Shown: positions 9,610-20,643, counted from the stretch's first letter. The stretch is 64,000 bases of DNA from Nitrospirota bacterium (GCA_963703955.1 CAVPGK010000010.1:192001-256000); one strand, 5' to 3'. Numbers and translations: made by a program. The notes: generated by a model from the letters alone, not told the origin.

Positions 9610-12204
9610 ATGGGGCTTACGAGCTATCGTCGCAAGAGAGACTTCGAACGCTCGCCGGAACCTCGCGGCCGTGCCCGCCCGTCTGATCACGAACGGCTCT
9701 ATGTCATTCAAAAGCATGCTGCAAGCCGCCTCCATTATGATTTGCGATTAGAACAGGGCGGAGTACTCAAGAGCTGGGCTGTACCCAAAGGACCCAGCCT
9801 TGATCCGAAAGACAAGCGTTTGGCTGTTGAAGTCGAAGATCATCCGGTTGAGTATGGTTCCTTTGAAGGCGTGATTCCCAAGGGAGAATATGGCGCCGGG
9901 ACCGTGCTGCTCTGGGACCGCGGGCGCTGGATACCGGAGGGCGATCCGGCGGAAGATTTGAAAAAAGGGAGACTGAAGTTTCGGCTGGAGGGAGAGAAAT
10001 TACGAGGTGGTTGGACCATGGTGCGGCTTCGCGACCGTGGAACAGGTTCCAAACAGCCCAATTGGCTCCTGATCAAGGAGAACGATGAAACGGCCAGCCC
10101 TCAAGCCAAGCGAGACGTTCTTCAACGGCAGCCGGAGAGCGTGGCGAGCAAGCGAACAATAGAGGAGATCGCGCAGGCAGCCCACCGGGTCTGGCGTCGT
10201 GGCCATGGTGAAGAGCAACAAGATAAGTGGCGACCGAAGCCGTCACGGATCGAACGAGCGAAGAAGTCTGCCCTGGCGACGGCCGTCCAGTTCCAGCTTG
10301 CCACATTGACCGATGAGCCGCCGATTGGAGACGAATGGCTGCATGAGATCAAACTGGACGGCTATCGGCTGCAGTGTCGCATTCACAAGGGAACGGTGCG
10401 GTTGTTTACCCGAACCGGACAGGATTGGACCGGCCGTTTCCCCGGCATCGCGTCGGCGGCTGCACAGCTCCCCGTGGAGGTGGCGCTCCTTGATGGTGAG
10501 ATCGTCGCATTGGCGCCCGATGGGCGAAGCTCCTTTCAATTGCTGCAACAGACCCTGAGCGAAGGAAATCCAACCGCGCTCCTCTACTATGTATTCGATC
10601 TGCTCTATCTCGACGGCTTTGATCTCTCGTCGGTTCCCCTGGAAGTCCGTAAGGACACGCTGAAGCAGCTACTCGGCCTTGTGCCCCGTGCCCCGACCAT
10701 TCGGTACAGTGATCATGTGGTGGGAGATGGCGCCGCGTTCTATCGAGAGGCCTGCCGACTCGGATTGGAGGGCATGATTTCTAAGCGGAGGCTTGCGCCA
10801 TTTCGGCCGGGAAGGGGGCATGATTGGATCAAGGTCAAGTGCCTACAACGACAAGAATTCGTGGTGGGGGGATTTACGGAGCCATCCGGTTCTCGAAGCG
10901 GATTGGGCGCGCTCCTGCTCGGAGTATACGAAGACGGCCACCTAGTCTATGCCGGGCGCGTGGGAACCGGTTTCAGTACCCGGGTACTGAAACAGCTTCG
11001 AGCCCGACTCAATGGTCTGAGGGTGGACCGATCTCCATTTCGGACGCCAGTTCCCGGGGGGTCTCACGGCGTGACATGGGTGAGACCTGAACTCGTCGGC
11101 GAAGTGGGTTTCAGTGAATGGACTGCAGACGGACTCCTTCGCCATCCCTCCTTTCAGGGGATTCGTGAGGAGAAGAACCCTCGCGATGTACGCCGCGAAC
11201 GTCCCAAACCGGCTCTCGATGCCACGAAGTCTGGTCAAACCCTCTCTTCGCAACCCAAGCCGACACGGCGTCACTCTTCAAGTCAGCCGATAACCGATGT
11301 GCGCGTTGCGAACTCGGGGAGTGCCGGCCTCAGCTTGACTCATCCCGAGCGGGTCCTCTATCCGGACCAAGGCCTCACCAAGCGCGACCTGGCGACGTAT
11401 TACGAATCCATCGCGGACTGGATTCTGCCGCACATCGCCGGTCGGCCGCTCATGGTGGTTCGTTGTCCGGAAGGGTATCAAGGGAAATGTTTCTACCAGA
11501 AACATGCCAATGAGGCAGTGCCTGCGGCGGTGAAGGCCGTCGAGATACAAGAGAAGGCAAAAGAGCCCGCTCGATATCTAATGGTCGATGATCTCGCCGG
11601 ATTGATCGCCCTCGTTCAGATGGACGTGCTGGAATTGCATGTGTGGGGCGCACGCGTCGATCGAATCGAGACCCCTGACCGTATGGTGTTCGACCTGGAC
11701 CCCGACGAGCGTCTTCCGTGGCGCACAGTCGTGGCAGCCGCCAAACTTGTCAGGGACAGGCTTGCCACATTGGGTCTCGCGAGTTGGGTCAAGACCACCG
11801 GTGGTAAAGGTCTGCACGTGGTCGTCCCTCTGACCGGTCCCAACACTTGGGAGGAGGTCAAGAGTTTTTCACAGGCCGTTGCCCAGAGTCTAGCGAAAGA
11901 CGCGCCGGATCGGTACACCAGCAAGATGTCGAAGGCGGGCCGCGCAGGCAAAATCTTCATCGACTATCTCCGCAATGGTCGCGGAGCCACGGCGGTCGCG
12001 GCGTATTCCACTCGCGCCCGATCGAGCGCGACGGTCTCGGTCCCGGTGAGTTGGGAAGAATTAAGCCGCACGACCTCAGATCGATTCACTGTGAAGAACG
12101 TGCCGCGCCGGCTTACCGGTCTCAAGCATGATCCGTGGCGAGGATTCTGGAACGTTCGCCAGTCGATCACGCAGTCGGCGCGGCGTTCTCTGAGGCTCAT
12201 CTAA
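9610..12204 (+). CDS. ligD: DNA ligase D (phosphoesterase-ligase-polymerase), NHEJ
   Basis: PE domain QKHAASRLHYDLRLE/SWAVPKGPS; ligase EIKLDGYR; primase-polymerase FDLDP, KTTGGKGLH, DYLRNGRGAT. Confidence 0.96.
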   Translation: MGLTSYRRKRDFERSPEPRGRARPSDHERLYVIQKHAASRLHYDLRLEQGGVLKSWAVPKGPSLDPKDKRLAVEVEDHPVEYGSFEGVIPKGEYGAGTVLLWDRGRWIPEGDPAEDLKKGRLKFRLEGEKLRGGWTMVRLRDRGTGSKQPNWLLIKENDETASPQAKRDVLQRQPESVASKRTIEEIAQAAHRVWRRGHGEEQQDKWRPKPSRIERAKKSALATAVQFQLATLTDEPPIGDEWLHEIKLDGYRLQCRIHKGTVRLFTRTGQDWTGRFPGIASAAAQLPVEVALLDGEIVALAPDGRSSFQLLQQTLSEGNPTALLYYVFDLLYLDGFDLSSVPLEVRKDTLKQLLGLVPRAPTIRYSDHVVGDGAAFYREACRLGLEGMISKRRLAPFRPGRGHDWIKVKCLQRQEFVVGGFTEPSGSRSGLGALLLGVYEDGHLVYAGRVGTGFSTRVLKQLRARLNGLRVDRSPFRTPVPGGSHGVTWVRPELVGEVGFSEWTADGLLRHPSFQGIREEKNPRDVRRERPKPALDATKSGQTLSSQPKPTRRHSSSQPITDVRVANSGSAGLSLTHPERVLYPDQGLTKRDLATYYESIADWILPHIAGRPLMVVRCPEGYQGKCFYQKHANEAVPAAVKAVEIQEKAKEPARYLMVDDLAGLIALVQMDVLELHVWGARVDRIETPDRMVFDLDPDERLPWRTVVAAAKLVRDRLATLGLASWVKTTGGKGLHVVVPLTGPNTWEEVKSFSQAVAQSLAKDAPDRYTSKMSKAGRAGKIFIDYLRNGRGATAVAAYSTRARSSATVSVPVSWEELSRTTSDRFTVKNVPRRLTGLKHDPWRGFWNVRQSITQSARRSLRLI

Positions 12205-12224
12205 CGACGGCTGCCCGAAATCCA

Positions 12225-14013
12225 TTACGGTTCTTCCTGCACCGTCACGGTGTAGTCGCCGGTTCCCGCCGGAGAATAGTGCCGAACCTGCAGCCGATAC
12301 TTACCCGGCTTCAAGGTCGTGCTGACCTTCGCGTTCGATCCGTCGCCGTCGTCATCATCCTCTTCAACCAGAGTGGTTTCACTATTGGGCCCAAAGACGC
12401 TCATGACCACATCTGTCAAGCCATGTGTTTCGATCGTATATCGCTTCTCGCGTGAAACCTGGAACTCATACTGATCCTTCTCGCCCGGTTGGCCAATCGA
12501 TCCCTGGGTCGGAGGAGGTGGTGGCGGAATGATGGGGAGCGGTGTGATGCCTACTGGTGGAGGTTGCTGACTTTGAGCAAAGGCGGACAACAGCCCTGCG
12601 CCACACGGCTTCGGACATTGGGCCGCATTTCGCGGAATCGCATCATGCTGAAGCCTTGCCAGAGTCTGGCCTGGAATCATCTGCCGGCGCCTCTGCGATC
12701 AATAGAGCCGCGACGCCCGCCACGTGAGGAGCGGCCATCGATGTCCCGTTGTACAAAGCATACCCGCCTTGCACCATGCTCAAGATCCCGTCCGCCTTTC
12801 CATCGCCGTTGTCATCTCTGCGGACGTCTCCACCCGGCGCCATGATCTCGACCATAGATCCGAAATTGGAGTATCGAGTGACGAGGTGGCCACGGGCATC
12901 GCTGGCGGCAACGGTAATGGCAAGATCACAGCTTGCCGGAGACACCTGAGAGGCGTCCACGGCGTCATTTCCGGCTGCGACGACGACAACCGCGCCGGCC
13001 TCAACCGCATCTTGGATGGCCGACTGGGTAGCCGGGTCACCGGAACATGGGACGCCCGGGGGAGTCCCCAGGCTCATATTGATGACCCGCGCCGGATGCG
13101 GATTATTCGGCACACCGGGAACCGATAGACCTGCGGCCCAACGAATCCCATCGTTGATGTCTGCGGTGGTCCCTCCGCACTTGCCAAGCACTCGGACAGC
13201 CTGTAACTTCACCTTCCAATTCACCCCCGCCACACCGGCTCCGTTGTCGGTCCTACCCACGCCAACGGTTCCCGCCACGTGCGTACCGTGCCAACTGCTC
13301 CCCTCTGCAGGACTGCCCGGCCCACACTCGTTTTCGGCCACGGCGTCCCCGGGGTCCGTCGGATCATTGTCGCGGCCCCCTCCATCGTTGGCAATCGACG
13401 AATCGGAAATCATATCGAAGCCGGACACCAGGTTCGGTGAGCCGGAGATATCGGGGTGGTTGGGAAGAATTCCCGTATCGATCACGGCTACCACCACATC
13501 GGCGCTCCCCGTGTTCGTCTCCCAGGCCTTGGGCAAATTGATGCCCCCTGGGGACTCCCCCTGCCCCGTCCCGTTGTTATGAAGGTCCCACTGCTCTGCA
13601 TAATGAATGTCGTTGGGTGCTTTGACGATCCGTTTGATCCAGTTGGGCTGCGCATATTCGACATCGGATCGAGCCTTCAGTTCTTGGACAACCGCCAGGG
13701 TCCGGTCTTGGACGGCAGCTGGAGCCATCGAGCGAGTGGTTGACGGAGGGATACGATAAAGGATTTCACCGCCGGAGGTCCGTTGCTCAGCTTCCTCAAC
13801 CCCTAATCGCGATTTCGCGGAGGCATCAAGATTCCGCGATGCCTTCATCTTGACGATCACTTCACCGGGAACGAAATTCGGCTTGCCAGAGGATTGACGC
13901 TCCAGAAGCCGTTGGACTTCCTCCGGCGTGCGATCCTTGGCCCATCCAGAAGGACCGCCGAGAAGCATTGCTGTGCTGATCATCATTGGGACAAGCAGAC
14001 GAGAGGGTTTCAT
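12225..14013 (-). CDS. Secreted subtilase (S8) with prodomain, Pro-rich linker and C-terminal PPC domain (frameshift near 12685)
   Basis: Catalytic VAVIDTG, HGTHVAG, GTSMAAPHV. Removing one G near 12685 reads on into QMIPGQTLARL..CPKPCGAGLL, PPPPPP and the PPC-like domain of ORF 12225-12680. Confidence 0.9.
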
Positions 14014-14070
14014 GACTTACTCCTTTTCTTCTAATGGTATAGTGTGACGAGACGCACTGAGGAGAACACG

Positions 14071-14736
14071 GTGATCTTCTTTGACAGCCATCGACATCGA
14101 TGGATCATTGTTTTCACTCTCTCGTTCATCTGTATGGGGATGCCCATTTCAGCGGCCCCGTTTGTTCCGGGCGACGTGATCCTCAAATTCATGGACGGAT
14201 CAGAGAGCGATGTCGCGGTCACCCGAGCCGGCGAGCCCGGTCCAAGCAACCTGCATTCCTTAATACCGCTCGTTCACCGTCTCCAGGACAAAACTGAGGT
14301 CCCCTTAAAACCCAAACAGATCTTGAGCGGCCGGCGGCTTCTCGTCTCCGTAGATGCAGACAAGCTCGCGGAGCGGCTCGTCGAGCAACTGCGGGGACGT
14401 GAAAACGTGGCCGCTGCCGAAGTCAGCCAGCAAAGATTCAAGAACGAAGAACGCGTGTCATTGCCCAGCAAGGTTCTGATCGAATTCGTGCCCGGGAGCC
14501 CCGAATCTGAATCGGTCAGGCAAAAAGCGAGCGATGCAGACGCTGCCGGCTTCGCGACGCTTCTCTCGGATTTGGAAAAAGATCTTCATCTCCCGTTGAA
14601 GGGAGAGGCCGTCGCTCAGGCCAAACTCTTGCTCCAAGTCGATTTCATCAAACTGACTCTTGCCGTAGTTGATCGGCTCAAGAGCGTCGCCGAGATCGAG
14701 TCGGCGCAGCCCAACTTCCTCATGAGGATCAGATAA
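14071..14736 (+). CDS. Exported stand-alone subtilase-prodomain-like protein
   Basis: GTG after GAGGAG and a hydrophobic signal. FVPGDVILKF...LAVVDRLKSVAEIESAQPNF matches the neighbouring S8 prodomain FVPGEVIVKM...LAVVQELKARSDVEYAQPNW. Confidence 0.7.
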   Translation: MIFFDSHRHRWIIVFTLSFICMGMPISAAPFVPGDVILKFMDGSESDVAVTRAGEPGPSNLHSLIPLVHRLQDKTEVPLKPKQILSGRRLLVSVDADKLAERLVEQLRGRENVAAAEVSQQRFKNEERVSLPSKVLIEFVPGSPESESVRQKASDADAAGFATLLSDLEKDLHLPLKGEAVAQAKLLLQVDFIKLTLAVVDRLKSVAEIESAQPNFLMRIR

Positions 14737-14949
14737 CCGATCAGCAACGGACGGCAATTGGTGTGAGCAATGGCTGTGCCACTGTCGCACCGCGGAGCGA
14801 AAACTCTTCGAGCGCGTAAACCTACTGGAAGGATTCGGAAAAGAGAGCGTAGTCGCATCGTGAAGAACTGAAGAGAAATGGTGGTCGTCTATCTGAAAGG
14901 ATACGGCCGTGAAGGTTTAGATACATTTTCATTGGCCTGGGCGGTCGCC

Positions 14950-15762
14950 TCATGATTTCGATTTCGTAGATTCGATCGAGTCGAGAGCGGCAAACAGGTC
15001 GGGGTATCGAAACGTGTATTCCAGCTCGGTCAGAAGTTTTTTATTTGAGATTCTTTTCCCAGGACGATGATCTCTACTGATCTCCAGCGATCCCAGCGCC
15101 CAACGTTGAGACGCTTCCTGACAAATATCGCTCCATAGCCGCGGTTGACCATCACTGACATTGTAAGTTTCTCCCGGCCTTCCGCGTTCCAGCGCCAACA
15201 CACAAATCGCCGCCAAGTCCTCCACGTGAATGAGGTTGACGTAGCGAGCTGATGCACCTACCTTTCCGTGGCGGATCCAATCCAACACATTTCGCCCTGG
15301 GCCGTAGATGCCCGCCACGCGAAAAATGATGGCCTGATAATGTATCCGCAGATATTCCTCGCAGCGCACGCGCGGGCGTGCAAGATCGATCGGCGAAGAT
15401 TCCAGAATGACCGATGGTGGCGCCGTTCCCGCCGAGTCGCCAACGTCGTATGCGGAGGTGCTGCCCAGCACGACGATCCGACCCGCCTGTGTGAGGACCT
15501 TCTCAGCAAACCGTTCGACCGCTTCCTGCGGCACGGCCGGAAAACACCAAATCAGATGGCTGCCGCGCGGGATATTCTGCCAGGTTTCTTGAGATTCGAG
15601 GTCAAACGTGATGCGTTCTCCAGTTGGCATGGAGATGAGGCGCGTGTGGGGAGAACGGCTGCTCGCAAGAACATGTATGCCTTGTGTCGCTGCGTGGGCG
15701 TAGATGAATCGGCCTGTGTAGCCGGTGCCCAGAATGACGAGCGGCTTCTGGCTCGTTTGCAT
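14950..15762 (-). CDS. NAD-dependent epimerase/atypical SDR
   Basis: ILGTGYTG Rossmann motif; RVAGIYGPGR; NLIHVEDLA; YNVSD. Confidence 0.85.
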   Translation of the reverse strand: MQTSQKPLVILGTGYTGRFIYAHAATQGIHVLASSRSPHTRLISMPTGERITFDLESQETWQNIPRGSHLIWCFPAVPQEAVERFAEKVLTQAGRIVVLGSTSAYDVGDSAGTAPPSVILESSPIDLARPRVRCEEYLRIHYQAIIFRVAGIYGPGRNVLDWIRHGKVGASARYVNLIHVEDLAAICVLALERGRPGETYNVSDGQPRLWSDICQEASQRWALGSLEISRDHRPGKRISNKKLLTELEYTFRYPDLFAALDSIESTKSKS

Positions 15763-15855
15763 TGGTGCCCAGTCCCCTGGTGAACGCCTTCATTGTACTC
15801 TGTCATTGCGATGTTGCGCAGTGTGTTGGCTGTTCGAACGTGTTAAGATTCGATC

Positions 15856-18800
15856 ATGCCGCTGTCTCAATTTCACCCGATCATCTCGGACTGGTTTCGC
15901 GGTCGTTTTGGAACACCTACCGATGTCCAGGCCAAGAGTTGGCCGGTGATCCAATCGGGCCGGGATGTTCTGATTGCCGCACCAACCGGATCAGGCAAGA
16001 CCCTCGCCGCGTTTCTTTCCTGTATCAATTCCCTTTTTCAACAGGCGCTGGCGGGAGCATTAGAAGACCGGACCCATGTCCTCTATGTCTCGCCGCTCAA
16101 GGCGTTGAGCAATGACGTGCAGAAGAACCTGCAACAACCGCTCGCCGAGATTGCTGACGCGGCGCTCGCCGCAGGGCTGCTGATGCCGGAGCTTCGGGTG
16201 ACGGTCCGTACGGGTGACACGCCGGTCTGGGACCGGCAACAGATGCTCAAGCGCCCGCCGCATGTTCTGATCACAACCCCTGAATCGCTCTATCTCCTGC
16301 TGACCGCCGAAAAGAGCCGGAAGATACTCGCTGACGTCCGAACCGTGATCATCGATGAAATCCACGCGGTCGCGCCGAATAAACGGGGGGCGCATCTGGC
16401 GCTGTCTCTTGAGCGGCTCGAGGCGCTCACGCAAACTCATCCGGTGCGCATCGGCCTGTCCGCAACACAACGGCCCATCGATACCGTCGCGCAGTTTCTC
16501 GTGGGCCGGCGTTCTCTGCCGCAGATCATCGATATCGGCCATCGCCGGGAGATGGACGTGGCGGTCGAGGTCCCGAAGGATGAATTGGGCGCGGTGGCGA
16601 CCAACGCGATATGGAGCGAGATCTACGACCGGCTGGCCGAATTGATTCGTGAGCATCGATCTACGTTGATCTTCGTCAATACACGCCGTTTGGCGGAACG
16701 GGTCTCGCATCATCTTTCCGAGCGGTTACATACGTTGGGATCTCATGCCGTGGCGGCTCATCATGGAAGTCTGTCTCGCCAGATTCGGCTCTCCGCTGAA
16801 GAACGGCTCAAGGTGGGGAAGACCCGGGTGGTTGTGGCAACAGCCTCGTTGGAACTTGGGATTGATATCGGAACGGTCGACCTTGTCTGCCAGATCGGAT
16901 CGCCTCGCGCAATCGCCGTCTGCCTGCAGCGGGTCGGGCGGTCCGGCCATTGGATCGGTGCACTGCCGAAGGGCCGGTTGTTCGCCGCGACTCGCGATGA
17001 GTTGCTCGAGTGCGCGGCGCTCATCCGAGCCATACGAACCGGCGCACTCGACCGGCTGGACGTTCCGGCGGCGCCGCTCGACATTCTTGCCCAGCAGATC
17101 GTCGCGGGCGCGGCGACGCAAGAGTGGCGCGAAGACGACCTCTACGAGCTCTGCCGGCGCGCGTATCCGTACCGGGAACTCGACCGGGCTGCGTTCGATG
17201 CCGTCGTTCGAATGCAGGCGGACGGGATCACGACGCGCCGCGGGCGGGGACGCGCGTACCTGCATCATGATCGCATCAACCGGCGGATTCGCGGGAGACG
17301 AGGCGCCAGGCTGGCGGCCATCACGTCGGGCGGAGCGATCCCGGATACCGCCAATTACGCCGTCATCGCGGAGCCGGATGGGACCGTCGTGGGGTCGGTT
17401 GACGAGGACTTTGCGGTCGAGAGCCTGGCCGGAGACATCATCCTGCTCGGGAACTCATCATGGAAGATTCGCGGCGTGGAAACGGGGCGGGTTCGCGTCG
17501 AAGACGCGCACGGCGCGCCTCCGACCATTCCCTTCTGGCGCGGCGAGGCGCCGTCGCGCACCGCCGAGCTTTCGGGGGAAGTGGCTTCGCTGAGAGCGCA
17601 GATTGACCGGCTCGCGCCGCAGGACGAGCGTGGTCAAGGCTACGGCCACGCGATCCGGTGGTTACAGACCGAATGCGGGCTGGACCGTCGAGGGGCCGAG
17701 CAGGCGGTCGCCTATGTGGCAGCAGGGCGCGCAGTGCTCGGCGCGGTGCCGACGCAGGACACGATTATTGCCGAACGATTCTTCGATGAAGGGGGCGGGA
17801 TGCAGTTGATTCTGCACGCGCCGTTCGGGGGCCGCCTCAATCGGGCCTGGGGACTGGCTCTTCGGAAGCGGTTTTGTACGGCCTTCGATTTCGAACTCCA
17901 GGCGGCAGCCACCGACGAAGGCATCGTTGTCTCGCTCGGCGAGCGACACAGCTTTCCCTTGCCGACGATTTTCGGATTTCTCCATCCGGACACGGTGCGC
18001 GATGTCCTGATTCAGGCCGTCCTGGCGGCTCCGATGTTCATGAGTCGCTGGCGCTGGAATGCGACGCGGGCGTTGGCCCTGCTTCGATTCATGAACGGCC
18101 GGCGGGTGGCGCCGCAGATCCAGCGCATGCGCGCGGAAGATCTGCTGGGGGCGGTTTTTCCGGCCGCCACGGCCTGTCAAGACAACCGTCGTGAAGGCCA
18201 GGAGCATGAACTGCCCGACCATCCCTTGGTCAACGAGACAATCCGTGACTGTCTCACAGAGGCGATGGACCTCGAAGGCCTCACCGCCTTGCTGCAACGA
18301 ATCGAGCGGGGAGACATTCGTTGCGTGGCGATCGACACGCCGACACCCTCTCCGTTCTGCCATGAAATCCTCAACGCCAATCCGTATGCGTACCTCGATG
18401 ATGCACCATTGGAAGAACGACGGGCGCGGGCGGTCGAAATGCGGCGAAGCCTGCCGCTGGAACTGGCCGGCAATATGGGAGCCTTGGATGCAGACGCGAT
18501 TGCCGAGGTCGCGGATGAGGCGTGGCCGGTCGTCCGCAATCCCGACGAACTGCATGATGCCTTGCTAACTCTGATCTGGCTGCCGGAGGAAGTAGGAAAG
18601 CGATGGGAGGCGTATCTGCCCTCGTTGATTCAGGCCGGCCGTGCCACGGTGGTCACGGTCCGTCCTGGTGGGGACGGGGAGGAGTTCCGCGGTTGGGTGG
18701 CAACCGAGCGGCTGAGCATGATCCACGCTGTCTTCCCGGATGGCACGTACGGTCCACCACTCGCCAATGTCGAAGGGACCGTGCCGCCGGAACCGGAAGA

Positions 18801-20241
18801 CGCGATTCAGGCGATCGTTCAGGGCTGGATGGAAAGCACCGGCCCGACCATGGTTGAGGAACTAACGCACACGCTGCACCTGTCGACCAATGACGTCTCC
18901 GCCGCGTTCCTTCGACTCGAAGCAGCCGGGCAGGTATTGCGCGGACAATTTCGGGTGCGAGGGGTAACCGAGGATCACCACGTCGAATGGTGCGATCGCA
19001 GACTCCTGGCGCGCATTCATCGCCTGACGATCGGCCGGCTGCGTAGGGAGGTCGAGCCGGTCACGGCGGCTGACTTCATGCGGTTCCTGTTTCAATGGCA
19101 ACACCTGACGCCTGGGGCGCGCTTGCATGGGGAGGCCGGCCTGCTTGAGATCATCCGCCAGTTGGCTGGCTTCGAGGCCGCGGCCTCCGCCTGGGAACGT
19201 CATATCCTCCCTGCGCGACTGGCGAAATATGATCCGGAATTGTTGGACCGACTCTGTCTCTTAGGGTCCGTCATGTGGGGACGGCTGAGCCCCCATCCTC
19301 GGCTTGCGCCCCAACTCGGGAAGGGGCCCGTCTCGACGGGCCTGGGGCGGGTGGGTGAGAAAGAACAGAATGTGTACCCCTCATCCGATCGAGTACGTCG
19401 CATTGTTCCGACCAGCGTGGCGCCGATCAGCTTCTTCCCACGCGACGACGCCGAGTGGCTCATAGGGCTTGTAGGCGAAGAGGGCGGCGAACTTCCCGAT
19501 GATGTGTCAGCGCTCGGTTCTGTTGCTCAGGATCTCAGGCGGTACCTCCAAGAGCGTGGAGCGAGCTTCTTCGCAGATCTCGTGAGGAGCACCGGTCATC
19601 TTCAATCTGAAATTGAGAGCGGCCTGTGGGAACTGGCGGCAGCCGGGTTGGTCACGGCGGATGGATTCGACAGCCTGCGGGCCTTACTGGACCCACGCCG
19701 CCGGCGCGCGCAAGGTCGCGAGCGATCGAGGCGACCTCGCCATGGGGCGGGCCGCTGGTCCCTGCTTAGACGTGAGCGCGCCGGTTCACCAGACACTGGA
19801 ACATCGCTCGAACGGATGGCCCGTCTTCTGTTGCATCGGTATGGGGTCGTTTTCCGGGATCTGCTCGGCCGCGAATCGCTGAATCCGGCCTGGCGTGATC
19901 TGCTGATTCAGTATCGGCGGATGGAGCTGCGCGGAGAAATTCGCGGCGGGCGTTTTGTCAGCGGCTTCACCGGGGAGCAGTTTGCGTTGCCGGAAGCCGT
20001 GGAGGCCCTGCGAACCTTGCGGCGGTCCGGGGTCGAATCCAAACCCTCTCACGAGATCAAGATTTCGGGTGCTGATCCCTTGAACCTGGTCGGGATGATT
20101 GTCCCGGGCGCCCGTGTCCCTGCCGTCCCCAGTAATTACGTTGTCTTTAGAGATGGGGCGTTCCTCCGTTCCGGAACGTTCCGCGAGTTGACACCCTCCG
20201 AACACCTCCAGGCTCCCCGACACCAGATCACGCGTCTGTAG
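15856..20241 (+). CDS. lhr: Lhr family SF2 helicase with long C-terminal domain
   Basis: APTGSGKT, SPLKALSND, TTPESL, DEIH, GLSAT, HHGSLS, SLELGID, QRVGRSGH; C-terminal GRFVSGFTGEQFALPEA. Confidence 0.95.
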   Translation: MPLSQFHPIISDWFRGRFGTPTDVQAKSWPVIQSGRDVLIAAPTGSGKTLAAFLSCINSLFQQALAGALEDRTHVLYVSPLKALSNDVQKNLQQPLAEIADAALAAGLLMPELRVTVRTGDTPVWDRQQMLKRPPHVLITTPESLYLLLTAEKSRKILADVRTVIIDEIHAVAPNKRGAHLALSLERLEALTQTHPVRIGLSATQRPIDTVAQFLVGRRSLPQIIDIGHRREMDVAVEVPKDELGAVATNAIWSEIYDRLAELIREHRSTLIFVNTRRLAERVSHHLSERLHTLGSHAVAAHHGSLSRQIRLSAEERLKVGKTRVVVATASLELGIDIGTVDLVCQIGSPRAIAVCLQRVGRSGHWIGALPKGRLFAATRDELLECAALIRAIRTGALDRLDVPAAPLDILAQQIVAGAATQEWREDDLYELCRRAYPYRELDRAAFDAVVRMQADGITTRRGRGRAYLHHDRINRRIRGRRGARLAAITSGGAIPDTANYAVIAEPDGTVVGSVDEDFAVESLAGDIILLGNSSWKIRGVETGRVRVEDAHGAPPTIPFWRGEAPSRTAELSGEVASLRAQIDRLAPQDERGQGYGHAIRWLQTECGLDRRGAEQAVAYVAAGRAVLGAVPTQDTIIAERFFDEGGGMQLILHAPFGGRLNRAWGLALRKRFCTAFDFELQAAATDEGIVVSLGERHSFPLPTIFGFLHPDTVRDVLIQAVLAAPMFMSRWRWNATRALALLRFMNGRRVAPQIQRMRAEDLLGAVFPAATACQDNRREGQEHELPDHPLVNETIRDCLTEAMDLEGLTALLQRIERGDIRCVAIDTPTPSPFCHEILNANPYAYLDDAPLEERRARAVEMRRSLPLELAGNMGALDADAIAEVADEAWPVVRNPDELHDALLTLIWLPEEVGKRWEAYLPSLIQAGRATVVTVRPGGDGEEFRGWVATERLSMIHAVFPDGTYGPPLANVEGTVPPEPEDAIQAIVQGWMESTGPTMVEELTHTLHLSTNDVSAAFLRLEAAGQVLRGQFRVRGVTEDHHVEWCDRRLLARIHRLTIGRLRREVEPVTAADFMRFLFQWQHLTPGARLHGEAGLLEIIRQLAGFEAAASAWERHILPARLAKYDPELLDRLCLLGSVMWGRLSPHPRLAPQLGKGPVSTGLGRVGEKEQNVYPSSDRVRRIVPTSVAPISFFPRDDAEWLIGLVGEEGGELPDDVSALGSVAQDLRRYLQERGASFFADLVRSTGHLQSEIESGLWELAAAGLVTADGFDSLRALLDPRRRRAQGRERSRRPRHGAGRWSLLRRERAGSPDTGTSLERMARLLLHRYGVVFRDLLGRESLNPAWRDLLIQYRRMELRGEIRGGRFVSGFTGEQFALPEAVEALRTLRRSGVESKPSHEIKISGADPLNLVGMIVPGARVPAVPSNYVVFRDGAFLRSGTFRELTPSEHLQAPRHQITRL
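19318..19360 (-). repeat. Intragenic hairpin element copy inside lhr (antisense orientation)
   Basis: Minus strand TCTCACCCACCCGCCCCA-GGCCCGT-CGAG-ACGGGCC-CCTTCCC; read in frame as ..GKGPVSTGLGRVGE.. Confidence 0.75.
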
Positions 20242-20315
20242 GGAATAGTTCAGGAAAACCGTGCCTCTCCTCAATTCGGCGCCAATGGCGCAGAAATCTT
20301 GATGCTGCCTGCCGC

Positions 20316-20354
20316 TTGACACGGACATGTCCAACATGTAACCATTGGTTACAT
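20316..20354 (+). promoter_or_regulatory. Putative sigma70 promoter overlapped by palindromic operator(s), upstream of the imuB-dnaE2 cassette
   Basis: TTGACA at 20316-20321; palindrome GGACATGTCC at 20323-20332; perfect inverted repeat ATGTAACCA-T-TGGTTACAT at 20336-20354 over the expected -10 position. Confidence 0.6.
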
Positions 20355-20439
20355 AAGCCAGGACGATTTTCATCGTTCTTCCCCACGATGAATTTCGCAT
20401 TGAAGGCATCGTGATCGGCGTCATTCGTCATTACCAATC

Positions 20440-20643
20440 ATGGTCTCAAGGAGGGTCATTATGATTGCGAACCAACTCCCACAGAAGAGAATCATAGAAG
20501 GCGCCTGCTCGGATTGCGGTCGTATCATCGGGCACAGAGAGCGCTTCGTCGATCCGCACACTCGATCGGAAGTGGAGCTTTGCTCCAATTGCGCCGCCGC
20601 ATTTGTCCATCGGCAGCATTTCGCACCGGGATGCTGCGACTAA
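20440..20643 (+). CDS. Small Cys-rich putative zinc-finger protein (ATG 20461 after GGAGG is the likelier start)
   Basis: CSDC...CSNC...GCCD; good RBS; lies between the operator and imuB. Confidence 0.6.
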   Translation: MVSRRVIMIANQLPQKRIIEGACSDCGRIIGHRERFVDPHTRSEVELCSNCAAAFVHRQHFAPGCCD

